DNA from: Chthonomonadaceae bacterium
Lineage (GTDB): Bacteria > Armatimonadota > Chthonomonadetes > Chthonomonadales > Chthonomonadaceae
Length of the DNA: 24,069 nucleotides
NCBI GenBank assembly: GCA_025054835.1
Contig: JANWZQ010000187.1
Location: 1 to 24,069, forward strand
Reading direction: 5' to 3'
In this document: in pieces, positions 8,773-16,421 of the stretch
How positions within the stretch are numbered: position 1 is the first letter of the stretch
Layout of the letters: the number at the start of each line of letters is the position of its first letter
Notes under the pieces: model-generated
The model's database searches: none
Told to the model about the DNA's origin: nothing
Seen by the model: the letters and a program-made list of their open reading frames with translations, nothing else
Made by a program: the position numbers and the translations under genes

Positions 8773-9588
8773 TCAGGCTGCGCCAGTGCCTGCAGCGTTG
8801 CCCTCTTCGCCAATCAGAGGATTGTCAGGGTTGAGCACGGAACGCACATGCGCAGCAAACTCTGGAGGAGCAACTATAAAGGGCGCTCGCGTTACTCTCT
8901 GTTTCAGTAACTCTCCGGGGTCCAGCGGTTCTCCAGTCAGATAAGTCGCGATGCAACCTGCTTCCTGTGCTACACAGAGCCCTGCGGCCATGTCGTAGAA
9001 CCCCTCGTTCCAACCAATCAAGCAACACAGTGTCCCCCGGGCTGTGTACACGAGATCGGCGGCAATGCTGCCCAGACAACGTATCCGGCCCTGCAACCCC
9101 ACGGTGTTCAGCATCTTCACTGCCCGGGAGGTGAACCCCAGCGTGTCCTCCGGGTGACACGCTGTACGGTCTGTCGCGCGCAGAACCGTACCGTTGCAGT
9201 ATGCGCCCTGCCCCCTCACAGCCCAGAACAGCTCCCCGGTGCAGGGCAAATACACCGCCCCTGCGCAGAGTGTTCCCTGATCCACCAGCCCGATGGAAAC
9301 ACCCCAGAACGGCAGATTGAACACCATATTGGTTGTGCCGTCAATTGGATCTACGGCCCAGAGTGGTGCAGTTTTGCTCCCCTGCCAGCCGTACTCTTCT
9401 CCCCAGAACGCGTATCCCGGGTAGCGCGTTTCCAACCGCTCCTGCACGAAACGTTCCACCTCACGATCCACCGTGGTCACGTAGGAACTATCTGCTTTGA
9501 ACTCCGTCTGCATCGCACGTCGCAACTGCAATGCAAGCCCTCCCGCTTCTACAGCCACACCTTTGATGAACTCAATATCGATCTCCAC
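8773..9588 (-). CDS. Inositol monophosphatase-family protein (SuhB, or a HisN-like histidinol-phosphatase)
   Basis: The motif WAVDPIDGTTNMVFNLPFWGVSIGL is the IMPase metal-binding DPIDGT signature. A C-terminal WDxAAG-like motif (YDMAAGLCV) is present. The GTG start at 9588 has GGGAGG 6 nt upstream, and this RBS lies inside the 3' end of the upstream methyltransferase gene, indicating translational coupling. Confidence 0.85.
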   Translation of the reverse strand: MEIDIEFIKGVAVEAGGLALQLRRAMQTEFKADSSYVTTVDREVERFVQERLETRYPGYAFWGEEYGWQGSKTAPLWAVDPIDGTTNMVFNLPFWGVSIGLVDQGTLCAGAVYLPCTGELFWAVRGQGAYCNGTVLRATDRTACHPEDTLGFTSRAVKMLNTVGLQGRIRCLGSIAADLVYTARGTLCCLIGWNEGFYDMAAGLCVAQEAGCIATYLTGEPLDPGELLKQRVTRAPFIVAPPEFAAHVRSVLNPDNPLIGEEGNAAGTGAA

Positions 9589-9590
9589 AG

Positions 9591-10286
9591 TTATCCTCCC
9601 GTTCCTCGCCGCGCCACCCAGATCACTACTTCCACAGACTTACCATGCGTGCCCTGCCAGCACACCTCCAGTGTTTCTATCTGAAAGTGCCATCCGCTCT
9701 TTTCCAGATGTGCAGCAAACTCCAGAGCCTGCGGGCGTACGGGATCAGCGATGATCAACACACCGTCCTCCTTGAGATTACGGGCGAACACCGCTTCCAG
9801 GTAGAAGTGCATGGCACGATCGTAGAAGACGTCAGCCCCGATCAACACATCGTACCGCCGATCGTGCGCCCACTGACGCCAGTCCCCGGGGAAACGTTCG
9901 ATCCCGAACACCCCATTCTGCAACGCGTTGATCTCTGCCAGCTGCAACGCCCCCGGCAGGTGATCCGTTTGCCAGACCTGTGCGCCCAGAGAACGCGCGA
10001 TGATCCCGGACAGCCCGACACCACACCCGAGCTCCAGCACCTCCCGGCCGCGCACGTACTCCGGGCAGGTTGCCAGATAGCGTGCCAGCCCCACAGACGC
10101 TTCCCAGAGCAAGTACCCGTAGGGAAAATGCTCCATGGAGACGGCAGCATCCAGAAGAGCATCCTGATCCTCCACACAGGTTACCTGCCACACCCGATCC
10201 GCCACCACCACCGGGCGTGTGACCAGAGCGACCTGCGCGGACAGACGTGCCCATAATGCCTCAATCCATGCGGTTTGTGCCATCAT
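9591..10286 (-). CDS. Class I SAM-dependent methyltransferase, Methyltransf_16-like (protein-lysine N-methyltransferase fold)
   Basis: Motif I is VLELGCGVGLSGIIARSLGA. The post-I acidic residue is in VWQTDH. The sequence YDVLIGADVFYD is the family-typical motif. The likely start is ATG-ATG at 10286 (MMAQTAW), and the ORF-track start at 10373 adds 29 unsupported residues. Confidence 0.7.
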   Translation of the reverse strand: MMAQTAWIEALWARLSAQVALVTRPVVVADRVWQVTCVEDQDALLDAAVSMEHFPYGYLLWEASVGLARYLATCPEYVRGREVLELGCGVGLSGIIARSLGAQVWQTDHLPGALQLAEINALQNGVFGIERFPGDWRQWAHDRRYDVLIGADVFYDRAMHFYLEAVFARNLKEDGVLIIADPVRPQALEFAAHLEKSGWHFQIETLEVCWQGTHGKSVEVVIWVARRGTGG

Positions 10287-10378
10287 GGAAGGAACAGCTT
10301 TTCCTGTGAACGTATAGTTATACCGACGTGTCGCGCGTGCACATACATCGTGCATGCCGGGAGATGCAGGCAACGCCC

Positions 10379-11146
10379 ATGCGAGTTATCTGGAATGGAA
10401 CCGGTGCAGCATGGTCCTATCATCTGGGCAACGCATCGGCTATTGTGGAGACGGACGGGCTCCGAATATTGATCGACTGCGGGCACACTGTGCCGGCACG
10501 CCTGCAACAGATGCACCTGGCTTTCAACGACATCGACGCGGTTGTCATCACGCACCTGCACGGAGACCATATCTACGGTCTGGAAGAGTGGGGCTTCCGC
10601 AACTTTTTGATCTGGAACCGCCGTCCTCCTCTCCTCATTGCACACCCCCTTGTGGACCCGCTCTGGCATCACGTTCTCAGCGGACCCATGGGCCAGAATG
10701 ATCAGAAACGCCAGCTAGGTGACTATTTTCAGGTGATCCCGTTGCAAGAGAACGCGCCCCTGCCGTTTGGTCCGGTGACCATAGAGGTACACCCTGTTCT
10801 GCATGTTCCCGGTGTTCCCGCATACGGCATCAAACTGCAGGGCCCCGACGCCACTATCGCCTTCACAGGCGACACACAGGCGGAAGGGAACCCTTTCTTC
10901 TACAACGATGTGGATCTGACTTTCCACGATTGTAGCTTCCTGCCCCCCTACCCGAACACGGTCCACGCGCACTTTGAAGAACTCCAGCGCTACCCCCGGG
11001 AATGGCGCCAGAAAACGTACCTCACGCACTACGAAGACGCTGTCCAGCAATGGCGTACCGATCCGCAGTGGCGCGCCATGGTAGAACAGACTGGCATGCG
11101 CCTCGCCGAGCCTTTCACACCCATTGAAGTCATCCACACGCCTTGA
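10379..11146 (+). CDS. MBL-fold metallo-hydrolase
   Basis: The motif VVITHLHGDHIYGL matches HxHxDH. Downstream His and Asp ligands are present in HPVLHVPG, FTGDT and HYEDA. A beta-lactamase-like N-terminus, MRVIWNGTGAAWS, is present. The start is ambiguous among GTG at 10328, ATG at 10364 and ATG at 10379. Confidence 0.7.
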   Translation: MRVIWNGTGAAWSYHLGNASAIVETDGLRILIDCGHTVPARLQQMHLAFNDIDAVVITHLHGDHIYGLEEWGFRNFLIWNRRPPLLIAHPLVDPLWHHVLSGPMGQNDQKRQLGDYFQVIPLQENAPLPFGPVTIEVHPVLHVPGVPAYGIKLQGPDATIAFTGDTQAEGNPFFYNDVDLTFHDCSFLPPYPNTVHAHFEELQRYPREWRQKTYLTHYEDAVQQWRTDPQWRAMVEQTGMRLAEPFTPIEVIHTP

Positions 11147-11170
11147 CGCTGGCAGGCCCTATCGCGTACC

Positions 11171-12682
11171 ATGAGTGCCATGATCACCTCTGGCCTCAGT
11201 CTGGATCCGGCGATCGAGAGCGTACTGGAACGCATCCGGCAGGTCACTGCCGGTACTCCCTACGAGGGCACGCTCTACCTCGTAGGCGGTGTCCTGCGCG
11301 ATCATCTGCTGGGAGTCCCTCATGGAAACGACCTCGATCTGGTGCTGGAAGGAGATGCGCTCGCGCTTGCGCGCTTCCTGCACCAACAGGGTGTTACCCG
11401 GCATGCCCCGGTCACCTACCCGCGCTTCGGTACCGCCATGGTCCATATTCTTTCTCAGGATGGCACAGAGTGGACCGTGGAGCTGGTGTCGGCACGCGCT
11501 GAACGGTACTCCCCGGACTCGCGCAAGCCGGAAGTCCGTCAGGGCACCCTGCAGGACGATGTGTTGCGCAGGGATTTTACCATCAATACGCTCCTGCAGA
11601 ACCTGCACTCCGGTCAACTGCTTGACCTGACGTGCAAAGGGCTCGCTGACCTGCGCTCCGGGATTATTCGCACGCCTCTCGAGCCACGCGTCACTTTCTT
11701 CGATGACCCGTTGCGCATGCTCCGCGCCATCCGCTTTGCTGCCCGCTTCGAATTCACCATTGAGACCGCAACCTGGAGCGCGATCGTCGAGCACGCGGGC
11801 AGGCTCCAGTCACAGGCCATCTCTGCAGAACGCATCCGCGATGAGTTCCTCCGGATTGTACGTCTCCCGGGACCGAAGTTCCGTCGCGGTATGGAGTTGC
11901 TACTCACCTCGCGCCTCCTCGAGCAGTTCCTGCCGGAAATGCTGCCCATGGCAGGTTGCACGCAGGGTACCTGGCACATACATGACGTCTGGACCCACAC
12001 GCTGATCACGCTGGAGTGCCTGCCCGACGATGCCCCGGATGAGGTGCGCCTGGCCTTGCTCTGGCACGATATCGGCAAGCCTTCCACACGCAGCGAAGAT
12101 GCGACGGGCATTCACTTCTTCCATCATGCAAAGGCAGGCGCAGAGATCACCCGGGAACTGATGACCCGACTCCGCTTCCCGAACGACGTTATCAAGGACG
12201 TGACTGCTCTGATCGCCCATCATATGCGTCCGGGCGAATACCGCACCGGATGGTCCGACGCGGCAGTCAAACGCCTCATCCGTGATTGTGGTGAATACCT
12301 CGAACGGCTGCTCCTGATCACGCAATGTGACCGCTCCGGTATCAATATTCCCCCGGAAGAGGCGGCCAATCTCGACGAGCTCCGCGCCCGGATCGAGCGC
12401 ATCAATGCGCTCTCGGATGTCGCGCGCATCGATAGCCCGCTGAACGGCCACGAAATCATGCAACAGCTCGGTGTCGGTCGCGGGCCCCATCTGCGCGCAG
12501 CCAAAGACTTCTTGATCAATGAGATCCTGGAAGGCCGCCTTTCCGAGGGAGACAAACAGACAGCGCTCCAGCTGCTGACCCGCTGGTGGCAGACGCAACA
12601 GGTCACCTCACCCGATCAGATCTCATCCCTTCATCGGCCAGACAACCTGCGCGAAAACGTCGTAACAGACTCGCCCCGGTAG
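11171..12682 (+). CDS. cca: CCA-adding enzyme (tRNA nucleotidyltransferase) with a class-II Pol-beta head and an HD domain
   Basis: Motifs include GGVLRDHLLG, DLDLVLEG (the catalytic DxD), RRDFTINTL, and the HD motif in LLWHDIGKP followed by later His and Asp residues. The C-terminal 30 aa are low-complexity and overlap the convergent rnz gene by 60 nt. Confidence 0.8.
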   Translation: MSAMITSGLSLDPAIESVLERIRQVTAGTPYEGTLYLVGGVLRDHLLGVPHGNDLDLVLEGDALALARFLHQQGVTRHAPVTYPRFGTAMVHILSQDGTEWTVELVSARAERYSPDSRKPEVRQGTLQDDVLRRDFTINTLLQNLHSGQLLDLTCKGLADLRSGIIRTPLEPRVTFFDDPLRMLRAIRFAARFEFTIETATWSAIVEHAGRLQSQAISAERIRDEFLRIVRLPGPKFRRGMELLLTSRLLEQFLPEMLPMAGCTQGTWHIHDVWTHTLITLECLPDDAPDEVRLALLWHDIGKPSTRSEDATGIHFFHHAKAGAEITRELMTRLRFPNDVIKDVTALIAHHMRPGEYRTGWSDAAVKRLIRDCGEYLERLLLITQCDRSGINIPPEEAANLDELRARIERINALSDVARIDSPLNGHEIMQQLGVGRGPHLRAAKDFLINEILEGRLSEGDKQTALQLLTRWWQTQQVTSPDQISSLHRPDNLRENVVTDSPR

Positions 12683-13537
12683 CACAACGCTCACACGGGC
12701 ACGGATCTCCCGGCGGGCACAGGCAGCACGGACTGTGCGCAGGATCTGCTCGTCTGTGTAACGCCGGGAGATGTGGTACAGGGCCAGCCGCTCCACGCCC
12801 GCGGCCTGTGCGACCTCCAGCACCTCGCTCAGGCAGGAATGCTCGTGTCCGCGCGCCCGGGCTTCGGCGCGCTGCTCCGCATCCTCATCCAGAAACGTGC
12901 ACTCGTGCAACAGGAAGCGCGTTCCCGCCAGTGCCTCTGGATGCAGAGGCAGCGTATCCCCGGACACGGTGAGCAGAACGTCCTCCTCCACGCAGGTGAT
13001 CGCCGCGCGCCCGCGTTCGGTGCGCAACCGATCCAGTTCCTCCTGTGGCAGGCCGCGCAACTCCGGCCGCAAACGGGTCACCACCCGCCCGATCTGATAT
13101 CCCAGGCATCGTGGTCTCCCGTCTGCCGTGCCGGGCACATGTCGGGTCTCGCAGGCACGCAGAAAGCGATTGTCCCCGAGGTCCAACCGATCGTCATGGC
13201 GCATGCCGTGCCATCGTGTCTGCCCGGTCGTACTCTGGTCAAATTGCGCGAGGAAGCGCCCGAATGCAGCTACCGCGTTACACCCTTCAGGGTGCACTAC
13301 CTCCACCGGGAAGCCCTGCAGAGATGCAACACCTCCTCGCAGATTCAACAACTGTGGCAACCCCGCAATGTGATCACGATGCGAATGCGTCAGGGCAACG
13401 TACTGCACTCGGTGCACCTTGCCATCCAGCAGTGCAGCTACCCCGTCGCCAGCGTCAAACAGCACGCGGTGGGTCTCATCCAGAACCCATGTGGACACCA
13501 GAGGCGTGGAGAAAGCGATGAGCCGGGGCGGTTCCAT
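12623..13537 (-). CDS. rnz: Ribonuclease Z (tRNA 3' endonuclease, short form)
   Basis: The motif VALTHSHRDHIAGLPQLL matches HxHxDH. The sequence HECTFLDEDAE with downstream GHEH...LYHISRRY matches the RNase Z or ElaC HST-like motif. The length of 304 aa fits the short form. An ATG lies at 13537. Confidence 0.8.
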   Translation of the reverse strand: MEPPRLIAFSTPLVSTWVLDETHRVLFDAGDGVAALLDGKVHRVQYVALTHSHRDHIAGLPQLLNLRGGVASLQGFPVEVVHPEGCNAVAAFGRFLAQFDQSTTGQTRWHGMRHDDRLDLGDNRFLRACETRHVPGTADGRPRCLGYQIGRVVTRLRPELRGLPQEELDRLRTERGRAAITCVEEDVLLTVSGDTLPLHPEALAGTRFLLHECTFLDEDAEQRAEARARGHEHSCLSEVLEVAQAAGVERLALYHISRRYTDEQILRTVRAACARREIRARVSVVLPGRVCYDVFAQVVWPMKG

Positions 13538-13630
13538 GGCATTGCAATAGACCGGGACGGCACCATCCGCGCCGCAGACAACATTGTACCCGACATGGCC
13601 TTCTCAAGGAGGATGGGCTCTCCGGTAGCA

Positions 13631-13674
13631 GTAAAGAAGGGCCGGGGTGCTGCATCCCGTTGCACCTCCGGCCC
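13631..13674 (-). terminator. Intrinsic terminator of the acidic orphan gene
   Basis: GGGCCGGGGTGC (13639-13650) pairs with GCACC-T-CCGGCCC (13662-13674) to give a 12-bp stem with a 1-nt bulge and an 11-nt loop. It starts 14 nt after the stop. On the minus strand it is followed by TTCTTTAC. Confidence 0.6.
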
Positions 13675-13687
13675 TCAACAGCCACAC

Positions 13688-14953
13688 TCAGAATCTACCC
13701 GCAAAGATGACTCTCTCCTTACCTTTACCCTCAACTCTCCCTCTGAAGAGTTCGACGATACCCTGGTACATCTCTTCCATCGCACCCCGAATAGGTTGCA
13801 GGTGCTTTTGCACGAGAGCATCCCTGTGCCTGGCGACAGCCTCACTCAGCAATCGTTCTATTTTCGGCCCCACCACCGGAAGGCCATACAGGATTTCCAC
13901 ACGGCACGTGCTCTCGAAGCGACGTAGCTCAGAGGTCATCGCCTGCAGGACATCCAGATTCTCCTTCAGCAGTGCGTGCACCTCCACACGCATTCTGGCA
14001 ACAGCCTGTGCCAGACGCTCTGCGTTGCGGTACATATTCTTTTCGATATCTTTCTGCTTTTCATCTGTCATCTCATAGTCGGGTTCACTGACAACAAAGC
14101 ACTCCTCTGGAAGATCCTTTCCAAGGACACGGGCCTCGCAGTAATCAAGTTTGAGCTCCCCTTCCATGCCATCGAGAAAGGCACCTGCCTCGTTCACCAA
14201 ACGGATACTATCAGGCAGATCCTGGAGCAAATAAGGCAGAAAACCTTCCCAGTCCACACCAGCCATGCTCCTGATATCGCCAAAGAAGTCAGGCATGTGA
14301 GCATGCAGGCTGAATTTCGCATAAGCATCTACGGAGATGCGGGGGACGCTCGCCCACCAGTCCCGGTCGTATCCGCTACACCCTCCTTCGATAGAAGATG
14401 TGACATCAACGTCTACCGTAACAGGGCATCCATCATAGTCGAAGAGATAGGTTTTCTCCTGCTTTTTAAAGCCCTTCCAGTAGTTCCTAAATTCCCATTC
14501 TAAATGCTCGAAATATTCCCTGACTTCCTCAGCTTCTTCCTCACAACACCTGTAGGCGTATTCACTGAAGTCGCTGTAGTATTCACTCCCTATTTCTGCT
14601 GCCTCACAGGGGTATCTGCTCCAGGCCTTGAGAAACGACATATAGTCATGATAACCTTTACCTCCCAATCTGTAGTAATACCTTTCCTCGTCATCGTCCT
14701 CTTCATACTCGTCCACTTCGTCTGTATCGCTTTCCTCATCTTCCTCGTCGTCTTCGCAATCCTCATCCACGTACTCGTCTTCCTCGTCCGTGAGCATATC
14801 CTCTGCTTCTTCCAGCTCATCGAACGCGGCTTCCTCTACGTCCCGGGTCTCAACGACCACAGTGGCAGTCAGGTCCTCCTGCTCGTTTGCCATCCCGGCG
14901 GCCGGTGCCGTGTTCTGGACTTCCTGCATGTTGCTGCGAGCTTCGGTGATCAT
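13688..14953 (-). CDS. Hypothetical hyper-acidic protein with an N-terminal Asp/Glu-rich disordered region and a Tyr/Trp/Cys-rich core; orphan, with foreign codon usage
   Basis: The ATG at 14953 has AGGAGAG 6 nt upstream. Residues 20-90 are mostly D and E (EEDEYVDEDCEDDEEDEESDTDEVDEYEEDDDEE). The core contains YYYRLGGKGYHDYMSFLKAWSRYPCE, DYDGCPVTVDVDV and a C-terminal helical region. The gene uses AGA/AGG Arg, ATA Ile and TTA Leu codons, and its GC is roughly 50%. Both are atypical for this window. I recognise no domain. Confidence 0.65.
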   Translation of the reverse strand: MITEARSNMQEVQNTAPAAGMANEQEDLTATVVVETRDVEEAAFDELEEAEDMLTDEEDEYVDEDCEDDEEDEESDTDEVDEYEEDDDEERYYYRLGGKGYHDYMSFLKAWSRYPCEAAEIGSEYYSDFSEYAYRCCEEEAEEVREYFEHLEWEFRNYWKGFKKQEKTYLFDYDGCPVTVDVDVTSSIEGGCSGYDRDWWASVPRISVDAYAKFSLHAHMPDFFGDIRSMAGVDWEGFLPYLLQDLPDSIRLVNEAGAFLDGMEGELKLDYCEARVLGKDLPEECFVVSEPDYEMTDEKQKDIEKNMYRNAERLAQAVARMRVEVHALLKENLDVLQAMTSELRRFESTCRVEILYGLPVVGPKIERLLSEAVARHRDALVQKHLQPIRGAMEEMYQGIVELFRGRVEGKGKERVIFAGRF

Positions 14954-15319
14954 GGGTGACTCTCCTGTTCTCCTGCGGTGTGGTGGTAGCTCTGCAGGGG
15001 CCTCTGCCCCGTCCCTTTCATTTCACACACTCGCAACTTCAACTCAAAACCGGAAACCGGGGACGCTTTTCTTGCTGTTTTTTGCAGGCACACCGGAACA
15101 GGAGCAATGAAAAGTGGCACTATGGCACGGGCCGGGTAGCGTGATCTGGTCCTGCAACACCCGGGCGGATCTATGTCATGCGGGCAGCAGTGCAACGCTC
15201 CGGTGAAGAAACAACGTAGAGTTAGATGAGGCAACGCGTTCCGGCGCATCAGAAATGCCGGAATACACAACCAGGCTGACCAGAGCGTGAGCCTGCGGAC
15301 ATCGTACAAACTCTCCCTG

Positions 15320-15348
15320 CCCGGCGTGCTGAGCGCCGGGATTTTTTC
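15320..15348. terminator. Rho-independent terminator hairpin, canonical on the plus strand, sitting 27 nt past the DUF3500-like stop
   Basis: CCCGGCG (15320-15326) pairs with CGCCGGG (15334-15340) to give a 7-bp GC stem with a 7-nt loop. ATTTTTTCT (15341-15349) follows on the plus strand. On the minus strand the A-tract lies upstream, which is the arrangement of a bidirectional terminator. Confidence 0.5.
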
Positions 15349-15358
15349 TGGATCGTAC

Positions 15359-16408
15359 TCAGTGCCGGTGGGGCACGGGGAACCGATGGTAGTGCTCGGC
15401 CAGAAAATCGCGCCCAAAGTCCCCCTTGAAGTCGCGCCAGACAGTGTGGATGTGATTGGCGTCATTCTGCGTGTTATCGTACTCTATCAGGAAGGTCTTC
15501 CCCTGGACGCGATAGTAGTGACCCTGTCCCTTTTCCAATCCCCCCATCCACGCAAACCGGATCGTGTCCAGTCCGGCCTTTCGGATCGCCTCGAGGCGTT
15601 GCCGCGCCAGCTCCGGGCGTTGCACACTGGCATGCTCCCGGATCAGTGCGAGAAGGATCCCCTGCTGCTCCCGATTGAGTGTCCGATAGGCAATCCCTCG
15701 ATCCTCCAGGATTGCCGCCTCACGCTTGTTGGACGTGATCAGATCCGGAGGAGCAGTATCGCTCAAGATGGCCTGCCGACGTTGCTCGGCACTCAGTGAG
15801 CGGACCAGCGCGCGCCCCAGATCTTCCTCGGCAGCCAGTGCGCGCGTGCCTCGCATCGGGCCCTCACGTACTTCAGCAGGATTGGAACCCAGAAATTGCG
15901 GGCTGGATGCGATGACCTTTCCCCCAACACTTGTCCAGTTGAGGGAGATGTGATGTCCCTCGTAGCGCCATCCCCATGCCCCCTGTTGCGAGGGCTCGCC
16001 AAACACTGTGATGTAGTATAGCTCCGGGTCACGTACCGGTCCTCGCCCCTGCTCGATCTCGCGTAACACGATTTCCAGAGCGCGAATGGTCTCCACCTTC
16101 TGATATCCTCTCGCACTGAGGCTATCGCGCAACAGCTGGAGTGCAGCCTCACGTTGCGCAGGACTCAGGTCTTTGAAGCTGATCCCTTGGCGCACCATCG
16201 GCACGTAGTTGAAGTTCAACCGCTCTTCCGAGTTGAATGGCAAAACGGCCCTGGCCCGTTGCTCTGCCGTGAGTGTCGCAAGGAACCGGGCAACGGCCCG
16301 GTCCATCGCGTGTTCCTCTCGTCGTTGCGCCAGCGAGAACATCACCATAGCGAGCGCTCCTGCACCCGCCAGGATCAGAGGCCCCCCATGGACAGAACGC
16401 AACATCAT
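15359..16408 (-). CDS. DUF3500-like protein with an N-terminal signal or TM anchor
   Basis: The ATG-ATG at 16408 has AGGAG 5 nt upstream, and this RBS overlaps the kbl stop. The N-terminal hydrophobic segment is GPLILAGAGALAMVMFSL. The conserved C-terminal block YYRVQGKTFLIEYDNTQNDANHIHTVWRD is what I recall as the DUF3500 signature. The assignment rests on memory only. Confidence 0.55.
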   Translation of the reverse strand: MMLRSVHGGPLILAGAGALAMVMFSLAQRREEHAMDRAVARFLATLTAEQRARAVLPFNSEERLNFNYVPMVRQGISFKDLSPAQREAALQLLRDSLSARGYQKVETIRALEIVLREIEQGRGPVRDPELYYITVFGEPSQQGAWGWRYEGHHISLNWTSVGGKVIASSPQFLGSNPAEVREGPMRGTRALAAEEDLGRALVRSLSAEQRRQAILSDTAPPDLITSNKREAAILEDRGIAYRTLNREQQGILLALIREHASVQRPELARQRLEAIRKAGLDTIRFAWMGGLEKGQGHYYRVQGKTFLIEYDNTQNDANHIHTVWRDFKGDFGRDFLAEHYHRFPVPHRH

Positions 16409-16421
16409 AGCATCTCCTGCA

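Noticed and set aside
12773-13927. A 384-aa plus-strand ORF antisense to rnz and the acidic orphan gene.
   Set aside because: It has no start context. It overlaps the conserved RNase Z motifs on the opposite strand. Its composition is low-complexity.
14950-15465. A 171-aa minus-strand ORF bridging the DUF3500-like end and the acidic-gene start, plus a 62-aa plus-strand ORF at 14956-15144.
   Set aside because: The sequence is Cys/Arg/Pro/His-rich with no RBS. It overlaps two genes with good starts and stops. The region is better explained as promoter plus terminator, and possibly an sRNA.
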